DNA from: Nitrososphaerales archaeon
GTDB taxonomy: Archaea; Thermoproteota; Nitrososphaeria; Conexivisphaerales; UBA164
Direction: 5' to 3'
NCBI GenBank assembly: GCA_023256405.1
Contig: JAGDXK010000010.1
Location: 12,250 to 54,466, forward strand
Length of the DNA: 42,217 bases
The position numbers were made by a program, and so were the translations under genes. Every line of letters begins with the position of its first letter. Position 1 is the first letter of the stretch. Below, piece by piece: positions 16,683 to 26,422 of the stretch. The notes under the pieces are model-generated. The model was not told the origin of the DNA. It made no database searches and saw only the letters and a list, made by a program, of their open reading frames with translations.

Positions 16683-19409
16683 GTGAGCAAGGTAGAGGTT
16701 CCGAAGCGCATCTACAGGAGGTACCACGAGCTTTTTGGTGAGAAGATGGTCAACGGGAGACGGCTTGTAGTTGAGGAGGTCATAGGACAGGTCTACGACG
16801 AAGTTAAAGACCTCTGGAAGGAATGTCTGAGGGAAAGAAGGAAAACACTCGACAGCGAGCTAAGCGTCAGAGAAAAGTACGCCATCCCGCAGCTGGACAG
16901 TGTATATGAGGATCCGGTAACTGGCGAGAGAAGGACCTTCGGGGAAATCCTGAAGGGACTTATAGACAACTTTCTCGGGAGGAAGACGAACCTTGCATGG
17001 AGGCTCAACGATGAGTTTCCAATACCCGACTACGCCCATCCTCTTAAAAACCCTGGGCTTGAAATAACAGGCCCATGGAACCCGCCAGATATGGCAATTA
17101 AGCAGATAAACGCCGATGTTGCTGCAACCATGGGTCCTGATGACGAGGATGCAGCGCCTCCTGACTACGTGCCCCATGGCTTTCCCTACAGAAACACCGT
17201 GGGGCTTTTTGAATCCAGACTTAACGAGAAGAAAATACTTGCTGGAGAGCTAATGGAGGTTAAGATCGTTAAGAAAGGTCAGCTGAGGACCTATAGAATC
17301 AGCAAGCCCATGGAAAAATGGCCTGCTAGCTTTCATCGAATACCAGGCATACATCTGCTTACATTCAACGTTCTTATCGATGGCAGGCCCGCTCCATCCT
17401 TCATAGTGGATCTTGTTATACACGCCCTTAACGATTTTGAGAGCCTGAAGAAGGTCGGAAGGATGCTTCTTTACTACATACCAAAGACTCAGACTCCACA
17501 GGAGGCCTACATGATAGCAAAGGCAGTATGGAAGCTTGAAAGGCTGATGGGCGCCGTGAGGCCTGGTAGCCTGATCAAGTTCAAGGCGCTTTATGAGGAG
17601 GCAAATGCCGGAAGGTTCCTGCCAGTAATAATGTGGATGTGGAGATACTGGCTCATAGGTACTAACGTTGGAAGATGGGACTACACCGGAAGCCTGATTG
17701 AAATGTGGAAGAACGAAAGGGTTCTTCCCGACCCTCAGAACGGCGCCCGCATGGGCATGGTTTCACCGCACATGATGGCATATCAGAGGTATAACGCGCT
17801 GCTTAACGTGATGGCAGGAATCAAGGACGGGGAGCTTGTTAACGGCGCACCTATAGGTGGCATGGCCGCGGTGATGCTGTATCAGCTTACAGATGCGTAC
17901 AGCAGGTACAGACACAACGCAGTGACCCTGAGGGCCATGAAGCTGGACAAGCTCAGGGAGAGGCTCATAGGGCTGATCTTTGTGCCCGATGAGGACATAG
18001 GCGGCAGAAAGGTGACGCTGAGCGACATCTTGGAGGGAAAGGTCAGAGGAAGGCTTTACGACGCATACAGGCAGAGCTGGGTGGCATCTCCGGATTACCA
18101 GTACGTCGCGGCCGGAAACGAGCCACTCAGAGCCGATCTCAGAAGGCTTCAGGAAATGCTGAAGGCACCAGTTGTGTGGGAGGAGGTTGACGGAGAGAGG
18201 ATAGCTCCAAAACTTGAAAGCGGGCTCACCGAGGACGAAAAGAGACTTTTGAGCAGCCTGGGGCTCATAGATGAGAACGCCAACATAACTCCATGGGTGA
18301 TTACACGGGAAACAATCGATTCTCCAGAAAAGTTGCTTAGCTCAAAGGACCTATGGAGGGGAAGGGATCTTTGGAGCAGCCTTTATGATGTAGCCGAAGG
18401 AGACATCACAGTAGAAAACGTACAGCACGCTTTTTACATGGCCGCCAACTATGGCTTTCAGGTTCTTAACGGAAACCTTGCTGCAGCAATAGACGACTAC
18501 CGCGCTTTTCCTAACAGACTTGTTAGGTTCATGAACGACCTCGCAACGTACAGGATCTTTGTCTCCTGGCTCTGGACGCTCTATAATCGTGGCGCAGTAA
18601 TAACAAAGGACGGATACATAAAGGGACCCAAGCTGACTAGGGATGGTGTAATACCATATGAGGACGTTTACTTTATAAGGGCCGGAACGCCATTTGACAG
18701 AGACCTTCTGGAGAAGATATGGGAGCAGCACTACAGATGGACGGAGGAGTTCTACCGGGACTACGACAGGCTTGTGGCGCTCAGGCTTGTCATAGCTGCA
18801 GTGTCTAAGCTAGGAGGAAGGAGCGAGGAGGGTCTTCAGCAGGCGTCGGACGAGGCACTCAAGACTTTCGCTATGGAGACCAGCCTGACGGAGCCTGTGG
18901 TAAGAAAAATCGCAGAGGTAATGGGGGTCCAGTTCAGGAGGAGGATGCTGGCGCTTTCCAGAAGAATTGTAAGGGTTCAGAACATAATTTCACTGGCTTA
19001 CGGAAAGCCTCCCACTTATAGATCTTACATAACTTTACACCAGGCCGCAAGGAGGATATCAAGAGAGCTTGGACTGAGCGTCAGATACGTCAAAAGCGTT
19101 CTTACGGCGAACAGGCCAATGTTCGACAGGAGCAAGGCCCCGATCATAATGGACGTTCTCAGGAGACAGATTGCGTCTCCTATGTACATACAGCACAGCG
19201 GAAGGGTACTGTTTTCAATAGCGGACAAGGAGCACAACGTAAGGGACAAGATTCTTGATGTGGTGTATCATCTGGACAGAAATCTAAGGCCCATCTACAG
19301 GGATTCCAGCGGAAATCCATCGCGCGAGGAAATCCTGAAGGCTGGAAAGGGAAAGCGGATACCAAACATAGTAGTTCAAATATATGATTATATTTATGAC
19401 AGGTATTAA
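16683..19409 (+). CDS. Large archaeal (Sulfolobales-like) malate synthase
   Basis: LEITGP, DDEDA, YIPK, LYEE, NVGRWDYTGS, GGMAA, DKLRE, QSWVA and FMNDLATYRI (catalytic Asp). GTG start. Confidence 0.88.
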   Translation: MSKVEVPKRIYRRYHELFGEKMVNGRRLVVEEVIGQVYDEVKDLWKECLRERRKTLDSELSVREKYAIPQLDSVYEDPVTGERRTFGEILKGLIDNFLGRKTNLAWRLNDEFPIPDYAHPLKNPGLEITGPWNPPDMAIKQINADVAATMGPDDEDAAPPDYVPHGFPYRNTVGLFESRLNEKKILAGELMEVKIVKKGQLRTYRISKPMEKWPASFHRIPGIHLLTFNVLIDGRPAPSFIVDLVIHALNDFESLKKVGRMLLYYIPKTQTPQEAYMIAKAVWKLERLMGAVRPGSLIKFKALYEEANAGRFLPVIMWMWRYWLIGTNVGRWDYTGSLIEMWKNERVLPDPQNGARMGMVSPHMMAYQRYNALLNVMAGIKDGELVNGAPIGGMAAVMLYQLTDAYSRYRHNAVTLRAMKLDKLRERLIGLIFVPDEDIGGRKVTLSDILEGKVRGRLYDAYRQSWVASPDYQYVAAGNEPLRADLRRLQEMLKAPVVWEEVDGERIAPKLESGLTEDEKRLLSSLGLIDENANITPWVITRETIDSPEKLLSSKDLWRGRDLWSSLYDVAEGDITVENVQHAFYMAANYGFQVLNGNLAAAIDDYRAFPNRLVRFMNDLATYRIFVSWLWTLYNRGAVITKDGYIKGPKLTRDGVIPYEDVYFIRAGTPFDRDLLEKIWEQHYRWTEEFYRDYDRLVALRLVIAAVSKLGGRSEEGLQQASDEALKTFAMETSLTEPVVRKIAEVMGVQFRRRMLALSRRIVRVQNIISLAYGKPPTYRSYITLHQAARRISRELGLSVRYVKSVLTANRPMFDRSKAPIIMDVLRRQIASPMYIQHSGRVLFSIADKEHNVRDKILDVVYHLDRNLRPIYRDSSGNPSREEILKAGKGKRIPNIVVQIYDYIYDRY

Positions 19410-19432
19410 GAAAGAGCCTGTTCTTTATTGAT

Positions 19433-20590
19433 CTAGAAACCGTTCTTGAAGAGAACTTCCTCAGCTGCAGCTATTCCCTTGCCGAGATCAACGTCGTAGC
19501 CGTTCTTCTTTAGGGCCCTTTCTATGGCTCCCACCGCTATCAGCACTTCCGACGCTGTTATGCTGCCCATGTGCCCTATCCTGAAGTACCTCTCCTTTAT
19601 CTCCGGCACAAGCCCTCCCGCAAATACGGCTCCAAAGCGCTCCGCATCGCTCAGAAAGCTTGACTGCTTAACCATTTCAGGCAGGAACTGAACGCTGATG
19701 GTGTTTGCATAAGCGCCTTCCTCAGGTATCATCTTAAGCCCTAGGCTTCTTATCGCAGCTCTAATGCTTTCAGCTATGATCTCGTGCCTTTTTACTCTGT
19801 TATCTAATCCCTCCTTTAATATGCTGTTCAGGCTGACATCCAAAGCGTAAATCAGGTTCACCGCGGGCGTAGCGAAATAAGCCGCCTTCCCTTGCATATA
19901 GCTGTTAAGAATATCCCTCCATTTTCTCAGATCTGAATAGAAACTAAGAGGCTGAACCTTTTCCATTGCCTTGAGAGCCTTAGGCCCCACCACCCCAACA
20001 GCAAGCCCAGGGGGTGTTCCCAGCGCCTTTTGGGATGCCGTGAAAGCCACGTCCGCACCCCACTCCATGCTGAACTCCTCGCCTCCTATAGAGCACACGC
20101 CGTCCACAACTAGGAGGGTGTCCAGATCTCGGAAACCATTCGCGATTTCCTTTACGTTGTTTCTTACTCCCGTGCTTGTGTCAACGTGCGTAACGGTAAC
20201 CAGATCGTAACCGCCCTTGCTTGCTCTTTCATAAACTTCCTTGGGATCTGCTGGACGACCAAGAGGGGTCCTGTAGACTTCAACTTTCTTGGCAAACCTT
20301 GAAAGAAGATCCACAAACCTGTCTCCGAAATACCCGGTGCTGACCACTAGAACGCTCGAATCGCGTTTAATGAAGTTAACAGTCGCTATCTCCATTGCCA
20401 GGGTTCCGGAGCCAGCGATTACAAAGGGCAGGCCCTCTTTAGCGCCAAAGACCCTCATCGTGTTTTCAAGGGCGCTTCGGAAAACTTCCGTGAACTCCTT
20501 TGATGTGTGAGCGTAAGTCGGCCTTGACATTGCGGCAAGAACGTCGTGCTCGTACTCTACCGGGCCGGGGATCATCAGAATTTTCTTCAA
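19433..20590 (-). CDS. Class V PLP aminotransferase (alanine/serine-glyoxylate type)
   Basis: MIPGP, HVDTSTG, VDGVCS, TASQKALGTPPG and FRIGHMG. TTG start. Confidence 0.9.
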   Translation of the reverse strand: MKKILMIPGPVEYEHDVLAAMSRPTYAHTSKEFTEVFRSALENTMRVFGAKEGLPFVIAGSGTLAMEIATVNFIKRDSSVLVVSTGYFGDRFVDLLSRFAKKVEVYRTPLGRPADPKEVYERASKGGYDLVTVTHVDTSTGVRNNVKEIANGFRDLDTLLVVDGVCSIGGEEFSMEWGADVAFTASQKALGTPPGLAVGVVGPKALKAMEKVQPLSFYSDLRKWRDILNSYMQGKAAYFATPAVNLIYALDVSLNSILKEGLDNRVKRHEIIAESIRAAIRSLGLKMIPEEGAYANTISVQFLPEMVKQSSFLSDAERFGAVFAGGLVPEIKERYFRIGHMGSITASEVLIAVGAIERALKKNGYDVDLGKGIAAAEEVLFKNGF

Positions 20591-20632
20591 CTTGATTTTT
20601 AATTTTCAGAAAGTATATTTAAACTTTTAATC

Positions 20633-21679
20633 TCAGATCCTGAAAGCGTCCTTTGAAATGAGATTCGTAGAGGCAGCCTTCATGTCCCTGAGATAGTTTG
20701 AAGTAAGAAGCGTCAGGAACATGGAGTCCCGGTATAGCCTTTCGATCCCCACGTCCTCCAGATATCCGTAGCCTCCATGTACCTGAAGAGCTATGCGGGA
20801 GGCTAGCCTCGCAATCTCAAGAGCATGAAGCTTGAACATAACTGTGCCCTCCCCACCTTCCGATGCCGTGAGCGCATCCTTCATGTGACCTATTCTGCTC
20901 TTCATGTCGCTCAGAACCGCAGCTATGGGCTGAAATTCATACAAATAGCTTTCAAACGCCCTTCTCTGCTTAGAGTACTCTATTGCTTTATCGATAGCGG
21001 ATTCGGCAATTCCAAGGGCGATCGCTCCCACCTGTATTGATGAGGAATCGAGATGTCTAGCAAGGGCCTCCTCTGCTTTCTCCTGAATCAGCACGTTCTC
21101 CCTGGCAACTTCACTATCATAAAAGCTCACGCCAAACTCCAGCGCTCTTAAACCTAAGGGCTTTTTTCTCTCAACCCGGCTTGGTTTGGCAAGCACTAAC
21201 AGAGATCTTTCAGAAGATCTGGCTAGAACTATGTGGTAGGTTGCGCTTGGCAGCACCACGTACTCGTTCTCTCCTTGCAGCTTCGTTCCCTCGACCTTCA
21301 CATTATGCTGAGAGTTCATGTTTATATCGTGGACCATCGTTCCTGTAATTTCCCCGGATGCCACTGTTGGGATCAGGTCTGACCTTCCGGTCTGATGGAG
21401 AACCTCGTTAACGAGCGTGTTTTGCACGTATATGTAGTACGCGACAGATGGTGAATACTTTGCTATCGTGTAGAGAATCAGCGAGAACGACCTTACATCT
21501 ATGCCAGAGCCTCCTTCAGATGGTGGGACTGTTGCTGCAAGCAGGCCAAGCTCCGCCAGCCTCCTGACTAATGGCCGTGGTAGCCCCTCCTTCTCTATTT
21601 TAAGCGAAACGCTTTCAAGCTCTGACTTGGCAAACTGCTCTATTACATTTATAAGCAGCTTCTGCTCCTCCGAGGACAT
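20633..21679 (-). CDS. Acyl-CoA dehydrogenase-like subunit lacking catalytic and isoalloxazine-binding motifs
   Basis: Retains PPSEGGSG, YSKQRRAF...FQ, ALQVHGGYGY and ERLYRD. Lacks TEPxxGSD, KxFITNG and EGT. Confidence 0.8.
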   Translation of the reverse strand: MSSEEQKLLINVIEQFAKSELESVSLKIEKEGLPRPLVRRLAELGLLAATVPPSEGGSGIDVRSFSLILYTIAKYSPSVAYYIYVQNTLVNEVLHQTGRSDLIPTVASGEITGTMVHDINMNSQHNVKVEGTKLQGENEYVVLPSATYHIVLARSSERSLLVLAKPSRVERKKPLGLRALEFGVSFYDSEVARENVLIQEKAEEALARHLDSSSIQVGAIALGIAESAIDKAIEYSKQRRAFESYLYEFQPIAAVLSDMKSRIGHMKDALTASEGGEGTVMFKLHALEIARLASRIALQVHGGYGYLEDVGIERLYRDSMFLTLLTSNYLRDMKAASTNLISKDAFRI

Positions 21680-21680
21680 G

Positions 21681-22802
21681 TTACTTCGCCTCCGAAAGCC
21701 TCCTGAGCAGCATCCTCGATATAACTAGCTTTTCTATCTCGTTTGTGCCCTCCCATATTTCAGTGATCTTCGCATCCCTGTAAAGCTTCTCAACCCTTGT
21801 GTTCAGCCCCTCTACCCCTATTATTTTGAAAGCTTCGTTCGCCACGAAGTTAGCCACATCGGCAGCATAATACTTTGCCATGCTAGTTAGTACTGGATCT
21901 GGATTAAACGCGAAGACCTTGGAGGCTGCCTTGTAGGTAAGGTTTCTTGCTGCCTCAACCATAGTGCTCATCTCAGCAAGCGCGAACTGTACCGACTCCA
22001 TTTCCCTGAAGCTCTGTGGCTTCCTCGAAAGGTAGTCCATGAGCGCATCCAGTATTCCCTGCGCCGTTCCAACGCTCTGGGCCGCCACATAAACCCTGCT
22101 GATGTTAAAAAAGGTCATGACTATGTAAAAGCCCTTTCCCTCTTCTCCAAGCGTGTTTTCAACCGGGATCTCAACGTTTTCAAAGGTTATTTCAGCTGTA
22201 TCAGTAGCCCTCATTCCAAGCTTCCCCTTCAATTTAACGGGGTTTACACCCTTCCATCTCCTCTCAACTATTACAAGCGTTAGCCCGTGATGTCTTTTGT
22301 CCTTTGGCGGCAGCGACGATCTGGCAAGCAAATAGTAGTGGTCTGCCACAGTACCATTTGTTATGAACATTTTGTGCCCATTAAGAATCCATCCTCTTTC
22401 CGTTTTATCTAGTCTGGAGGAGATTCCAGCGACGTCGCTTCCCGCTCCTGGCTCCGTTACCGCAACAGCGCTTATCTTCTCTCCCCTCAGAGTTGGATAC
22501 ATGTACTTTTCCTTCTGTTCGTCCGTGCCGTAAAGAAGAACCATTTCAGCGCCGAAAACTGAAGCCAGGGAGCTGAGTCCAAGGCCCGGGTCAACCCTGC
22601 AGAACTCCTCCATAGTAACGAGCATGTTCCATGGATTTTCTAGCGTTATAAATCCCGCCTCAAAGACCTTCTTTCTAATCTCATTGGGGTACTCTTCGGT
22701 CTCATCATAGTGCCTTATCAGATCGTCCGTGAACTCCCTCAGGGCAAACTCTCTGGCCTTCTTTCTGGTCTGCTCCACTTCTTCTGGGAGCTCAAAGCTC
22801 AA
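21681..22802 (-). CDS. Acyl-CoA dehydrogenase, catalytic subunit
   Basis: VTEPGAGSD, NGHKMFITNG, KLGMRA and YRDAKITEIWEGTNEI. Confidence 0.92.
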   Translation of the reverse strand: MSFELPEEVEQTRKKAREFALREFTDDLIRHYDETEEYPNEIRKKVFEAGFITLENPWNMLVTMEEFCRVDPGLGLSSLASVFGAEMVLLYGTDEQKEKYMYPTLRGEKISAVAVTEPGAGSDVAGISSRLDKTERGWILNGHKMFITNGTVADHYYLLARSSLPPKDKRHHGLTLVIVERRWKGVNPVKLKGKLGMRATDTAEITFENVEIPVENTLGEEGKGFYIVMTFFNISRVYVAAQSVGTAQGILDALMDYLSRKPQSFREMESVQFALAEMSTMVEAARNLTYKAASKVFAFNPDPVLTSMAKYYAADVANFVANEAFKIIGVEGLNTRVEKLYRDAKITEIWEGTNEIEKLVISRMLLRRLSEAK

Positions 22803-22804
22803 TC

Positions 22805-23989
22805 TTACTCCACCCTTTCAAGCACCGCAGCATATCCCTGTCCTCCGCCAACGCAGAGCGTGGCCACGCCGTACTTGGCCTTCTTCTCGTTAAGTATTCT
22901 TGCGAGCGTCCCGGTGATTCTTGCCCCCGTGGCCCCCAGTGGATGCCCTATGGCAATGGCACCTCCATGCACGTTGACCTTATCAGGATCGAGCTTTAGC
23001 TCCTTAATTGCGTAGAGAGTAACCACAGCAAATGCTTCATTTATTTCCCAGTAATCTACGTCCTCAACGCTGAGCCCTGCCTTTTCAAGCGCTTTTCTGC
23101 TAGCCGGAACGGGTCCCTTGCCCATAAGGTAGGGCTCAACTCCAGCCCATCCAATCGACTTTATCTTCGCGAGAGGCTTAAGGTTGTACTTTTCAACGGC
23201 TCTCTCAGACGCAAGAAGAACTGCCGATGCTCCAGAGTTGAGTGGTGATGAATTTCCTGCTGTTATCACGCCCCCAGGCTTGAACGCTGGAGGCAGGGAT
23301 GCTATGGCCTCGAGAGAAGTATCGGGCCTTATGCTCTGATCCCTGTCTACCACGATTTCCTTTCCCTGGTACTCGGTCTTAACTGGCAGAATCTCCCCCG
23401 AGAACCACCCATCCTGAAGAGCTCTGGATGCGAGGAGGTGGCTCCTGTAGGACCACTCGTCCATATCCTTTTTAGTTATCCCGCTGACCTCAGCGAGCTT
23501 CTCAGCAGTCAGGCCCATTACATAGCCGACGTTCATCTGATATTTCATGTACTCAGGTCTTATCAGGAGCTTGTAGTTTGGCACAACGTGGGGGTTATCG
23601 CTCATAGGAACGTGAGTCATGTGCTCCATGCCTCCGGCAATTACCAGCTCTGAGTTTCCCGTCTGAATTTCCATAGCCCCTATTCCTATTGCTGTAAGAG
23701 ATGACGCGCAGGCCCTGTCAACAGCCATCGAGGGGACCTCCCACGGGAGGTTTGCGAGAAGAACTGGATGTCTCCCCCCATAGAGCCAGTTCTCGTGTAC
23801 CTGGAAGGCACAGCCGGTAATTACGTCTCCTATCTCCTTTGGATCAACGTTGGTTCTCTTTATTATCTCCTTTATAAGAAGCGCAAGAACTTCATCCATC
23901 CTGAGGGCGTTGAAGACGTCCCTCTCGGGCTCTTTAGGTCTTGACCTCGAAAACGGGCTCCTCAGATAATCCGCTATATACACGTCCAT
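22805..23989 (-). CDS. Acetyl-CoA C-acyltransferase (thiolase)
   Basis: DRACASS, EINEAFA, GGAIAIGHPLGATG and LCVGGGQG. Confidence 0.95.
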   Translation of the reverse strand: MDVYIADYLRSPFSRSRPKEPERDVFNALRMDEVLALLIKEIIKRTNVDPKEIGDVITGCAFQVHENWLYGGRHPVLLANLPWEVPSMAVDRACASSLTAIGIGAMEIQTGNSELVIAGGMEHMTHVPMSDNPHVVPNYKLLIRPEYMKYQMNVGYVMGLTAEKLAEVSGITKKDMDEWSYRSHLLASRALQDGWFSGEILPVKTEYQGKEIVVDRDQSIRPDTSLEAIASLPPAFKPGGVITAGNSSPLNSGASAVLLASERAVEKYNLKPLAKIKSIGWAGVEPYLMGKGPVPASRKALEKAGLSVEDVDYWEINEAFAVVTLYAIKELKLDPDKVNVHGGAIAIGHPLGATGARITGTLARILNEKKAKYGVATLCVGGGQGYAAVLERVE

Positions 23990-23990
23990 T

Positions 23991-25991
23991 TTATCTTCCC
24001 CTGTACTTTGGCTTTCTCTTCTGGAAGAGGCTTGATATTCCCTCCTTCAGGTCCTCCGTGTTGAAGAGTATGCCGAAGGCCGTTGATTCCCACTCGAGAC
24101 CCACGTCCATCGGCACCTCGGCTGCCTTGTTTACGAGCCTCTTTGCAAGGGCCTCAGCTATTGGAGCGTTGTTTGTTGCTATCTCCTTTGCAAGCCTTAT
24201 CGCCTCCTCATCTGCGGTTGCCCTGTCAAATGCAAGAGACGCTATTCCGAGCTTAACCGCCTCCTCCCCTGAGATCCTCCTTCCTGTGAGAATAAGCCAG
24301 AGGGCCGTGTTCATCCCCGCAAGCTTGGCAAGCCTCTGTGTTCCTCCCCATCCCGGTATCAGTCCCAGCGTAGTCTCTGGGAAACCGATGACAGCATCCT
24401 TGGTTGTAACCCTTATGTCGCAGGCAAGGGCCAGCTCAAACCCACCTCCAAGAACGTATCCCTTCATTTCGGCAATTGTCACCTTTGGTATTTCAGCAAG
24501 CTTTCTGAACACCCTTTCTCCTTTTCTTGAAAACTCTATGAACTGCATGGCGTCAGATATGTAGGTTGAAAGGTCCGCGCCGGCCGAGAAGTCATCGCCT
24601 GCTCCGGTAAGCAGCATCACCCATATATCCCTGTCATTCCACATGCTCTCGATGGCCCTGTCCAGCTCGTCTATTACCTCCGGGCTGAGGAAGTTCCTCT
24701 TCGGTCTGTCTATGAGCACCCTTACTACATGATCTCCTAAGTTCTCAATTCTTATGAACTTGAAGCCAGAGGGAGAAGCCGGTGCTGCCGGCCTAGCGGC
24801 CTCCTTCACTTCAGCCTGCTGAACGTACCTTCCCTCTATTACATCCCTCAGCTTTCCCATCTGTATGCTCTTTGCTGGCTTGAATACTTCGCATTCAAAA
24901 GTCTTTGACAGTTCTTCAAGCTTGCTCTTTACCTCATCGTTGGTAAGGGACTTGGCAACAGTAATAGGGCCAAATGGTCTGTTTAGTCCTAGCTTAACCG
25001 CGGTCTCTATATCGTCTGGACCTGCAACGCCTTCCTCTATAAGCTTTACAGCCTCGTTAACCTCTAGGACAAGCACGTCGAGAAGGCCTATCTTATCAGT
25101 CTCCTTGGCAGGAGGTATCTTCGCCCTGCCTCCTTCCCATTCGTAGAACCCCATTCCGCTCTTTTTGCCAAGCCTCCCCTGCTTGACCAGCTCGCCTATG
25201 GTTCTGCACTTGGCATAATCCGGCGATAGCGTCTTTGCATAATACTCAAGGGAGTCATACACGACATCCAGCCCGACAAAGTCCATGAGCTCATATGGCC
25301 CCATTGGAAGGCCCTGAGATCTGGCAAATGCATCTACCTCCTCGGGCTTTGCCAGCCCCCTGTCCGCCACGAGGCAAAAGAAGAGAAGTTCAGGTGCGCT
25401 GACCCTGTTAACTATGAATCCCGGAGTGTCCTTCAGGACCTTGATGGGCTCCTTTCCAAGCCCCTTCATTATCTCGTAAGCTCTGTCAAGCACTGCGTCC
25501 TCCGTCAGTTCGCCCTTGACCAGCTCCACGAGCTTCATTATAACCGGAGGGTTGAAGAAGTGGGTTCCAAGAAACCTTCCAGGGCCGCTGACGTATCGGG
25601 AGAGCTCCGTAATCCTGATGTTTGATGTGTTGGTGCCAATTATAGCATCAGGCCTGGCGGCCTTGCTTGCCCGTGAAAGAACTTCTGCCTTTATTTCAAT
25701 CTTCTCAGGAACCGCCTCTATTATTATATCTGAGCCGCTCACCGAGCTCTCAAGATCCGTGGAGAGCCTGAGCTTTGAGAGGATCGAATTTACGTCCTCT
25801 GTCCTTATTTTTCCTCTTTCAGCGAACCTTTTAAGGCTGTCCTCTATGAGCGCTTTTGCCCTCTTCAGAGCCTGTTCGCTTACGTCAACGAGGGTAACTT
25901 CATATCCCCCAAGAAGAAATACCTCAGCTATGCCGTGTCCCATCTCGCCGGCTCCTATCACCGTCGCCCTTCCGCCGTTCATTACAATCAC
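23991..25991 (-). CDS. Bifunctional 3-hydroxyacyl-CoA dehydrogenase / enoyl-CoA hydratase (HAD N-terminal, ECH C-terminal)
   Basis: GAGEMGHG, HFFNPP and PGFIVNR, then FSAGADL, GGGFELALACD and PETTLGLIPGWGGTQRL. Confidence 0.95.
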   Translation of the reverse strand: MIVMNGGRATVIGAGEMGHGIAEVFLLGGYEVTLVDVSEQALKRAKALIEDSLKRFAERGKIRTEDVNSILSKLRLSTDLESSVSGSDIIIEAVPEKIEIKAEVLSRASKAARPDAIIGTNTSNIRITELSRYVSGPGRFLGTHFFNPPVIMKLVELVKGELTEDAVLDRAYEIMKGLGKEPIKVLKDTPGFIVNRVSAPELLFFCLVADRGLAKPEEVDAFARSQGLPMGPYELMDFVGLDVVYDSLEYYAKTLSPDYAKCRTIGELVKQGRLGKKSGMGFYEWEGGRAKIPPAKETDKIGLLDVLVLEVNEAVKLIEEGVAGPDDIETAVKLGLNRPFGPITVAKSLTNDEVKSKLEELSKTFECEVFKPAKSIQMGKLRDVIEGRYVQQAEVKEAARPAAPASPSGFKFIRIENLGDHVVRVLIDRPKRNFLSPEVIDELDRAIESMWNDRDIWVMLLTGAGDDFSAGADLSTYISDAMQFIEFSRKGERVFRKLAEIPKVTIAEMKGYVLGGGFELALACDIRVTTKDAVIGFPETTLGLIPGWGGTQRLAKLAGMNTALWLILTGRRISGEEAVKLGIASLAFDRATADEEAIRLAKEIATNNAPIAEALAKRLVNKAAEVPMDVGLEWESTAFGILFNTEDLKEGISSLFQKRKPKYRGR

Positions 25992-26332
25992 TGCACCAGC
26001 TTCTTTACCTCGTTAACGAGGCTCTGGGCGAACAGCAGATCGCCCGAAACCTTCAGCTTCCCAAGAAACATCGACCTGACCGGATCCGTCTTTCCAAGTA
26101 TTATGTCAGCTATAAGCTGATCAGCACCAGAAACGGTTGCGTTTGGGCTCTGAGCCGCCCCATCAGAGAGCTTTATGCTGCCGTCTTCAGCAAAGACCAC
26201 ATAGAAGTTCCTTCCCTCGTTAAGCTTGAACTGGAGAGCTTTTCCGGCGAACTTTTTCAGAACCTGCTTCTTGTTCTGATCGCTGTTGATTTTCTGAGAA
26301 AGCTCAGCTAGAAGTTCAAATGTTGTCATCAA
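25988..26332 (-). CDS. SCP2 sterol-carrier/lipid-binding domain protein
   Basis: C-terminal IILGKTDPVRSMFLGKLKVSGDLLFA is typical of SCP2. First gene of the beta-oxidation operon. Confidence 0.85.
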   Translation of the reverse strand: MMTTFELLAELSQKINSDQNKKQVLKKFAGKALQFKLNEGRNFYVVFAEDGSIKLSDGAAQSPNATVSGADQLIADIILGKTDPVRSMFLGKLKVSGDLLFAQSLVNEVKKLVQ

Positions 26333-26422
26333 TCTTATAATTTCGTTCTACCGTCTTATAATGTTTTTGTGAACAGCCTTAGACAAGCATTTATTAGGAG
26401 CCTGCATGAATAAAGGACTGGG

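Noticed and set aside
20633..21679. Degenerate ACAD as a pseudogene
   Set aside because: The ORF is intact and near full length, tightly coupled to its neighbour, and keeps exactly the motifs the neighbour lacks
23941..26016. Long plus-strand ORFs (207, 93 and 166 aa) opposite the HAD-ECH gene
   Set aside because: Their Ser-rich composition is typical of antisense frames
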